DNA from: Candidatus Velthaea sp.
GTDB lineage: Bacteria; Vulcanimicrobiota; Vulcanimicrobiia; Vulcanimicrobiales; Vulcanimicrobiaceae
Direction: 5' to 3'
DNA length: 16,058 bases
Assembly (NCBI GenBank): GCA_050012475.1
Contig: JBEKHC010000109.1
Coordinates: 1-16,058, forward strand
Part shown: in pieces, positions 15,899 to 16,058 of the stretch
How positions within the stretch are numbered: position 1 is the stretch's first letter
Layout of the letters: each line of letters starts with the position of its first letter
Program-made: the position numbers and the translations under genes
Notes under the pieces: model-generated
The model's input: the letters and a program-made list of their open reading frames with translations, nothing else
Database searches by the model: none
What the model was told of the DNA's origin: nothing

Positions 15899-16058
15899 TC
15901 TTGGTTCCGGCGGGAAAGCACGTAAAGTAGGATGGTTCCGGCCATCGCCGCGTTCAAGCTTTGGGCCGGTCCCTGGTGGGGAATCCGCACGCAAACGTCC
16001 CAGCCCGGCAGCCAGTCCCGGACACCTCGCCGCTCGTTGCCCACGGCGAGGATCAGGT
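15877..16058 (-). CDS. TrmH/SpoU family RNA methyltransferase, C-terminal fragment (5' end beyond the right edge)
   Basis: Manual translation LILAVGNERRGVRDWLPGWDVCVRIPHQGPAQSLNAAMAGTILLYVLSRRNQDLSIACQ* shows SPOUT motifs GNE.G and RIP...SLNAA.A.ILLY. Position upstream of pheS is typical. Confidence 0.9.
   Translation of the reverse strand, partial: LILAVGNERRGVRDWLPGWDVCVRIPHQGPAQSLNAAMAGTILLYVLSRRNQDLSIACQ

Noticed and set aside
15932..16058. Possible plus-strand gene start driven by the TTGACA copies
   Set aside because: The region is the minus-strand TrmH-family coding sequence, and no -10 lies at proper spacing from any TTGACA.

Overview
GC-rich bacterial chromosomal window. The gene content suggests Candidatus Eremiobacterota/Vulcanimicrobiota or a similar Terrabacteria lineage (inference only). 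From left to right it holds: (1) a minus-strand three-gene cluster encoding a degenerate CusF-like exported protein, a polytopic membrane protein ending in a RAPP motif, and an LCP-family cell-envelope ligase that runs off the left edge; (2) an hsp20-lon operon preceded by a CIRCE-like operator; (3) a large SARP/BTAD-STAND ATPase-TPR regulator with a 71-aa partner ORF, divergent from a class V aminotransferase; (4) a 270-bp intergenic region dense in hairpins; (5) a hypothetical protein; (6) a minus-strand trmH-family/yqzL-like/pheS/pheT/cvpA block. The ORF track misses the LCP gene, the TrmH-family fragment and the 33-aa YqzL-like gene. The best candidate for an undescribed system is the RAPP-ending membrane protein: its RAPP codons can base-pair with the Shine-Dalgarno (SD) sequence of the downstream LCP gene, which suggests a ribosome-arrest sensor controlling a cell-wall ligase, possibly linked to metal. 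All calls come from manual reading; no searches were run.
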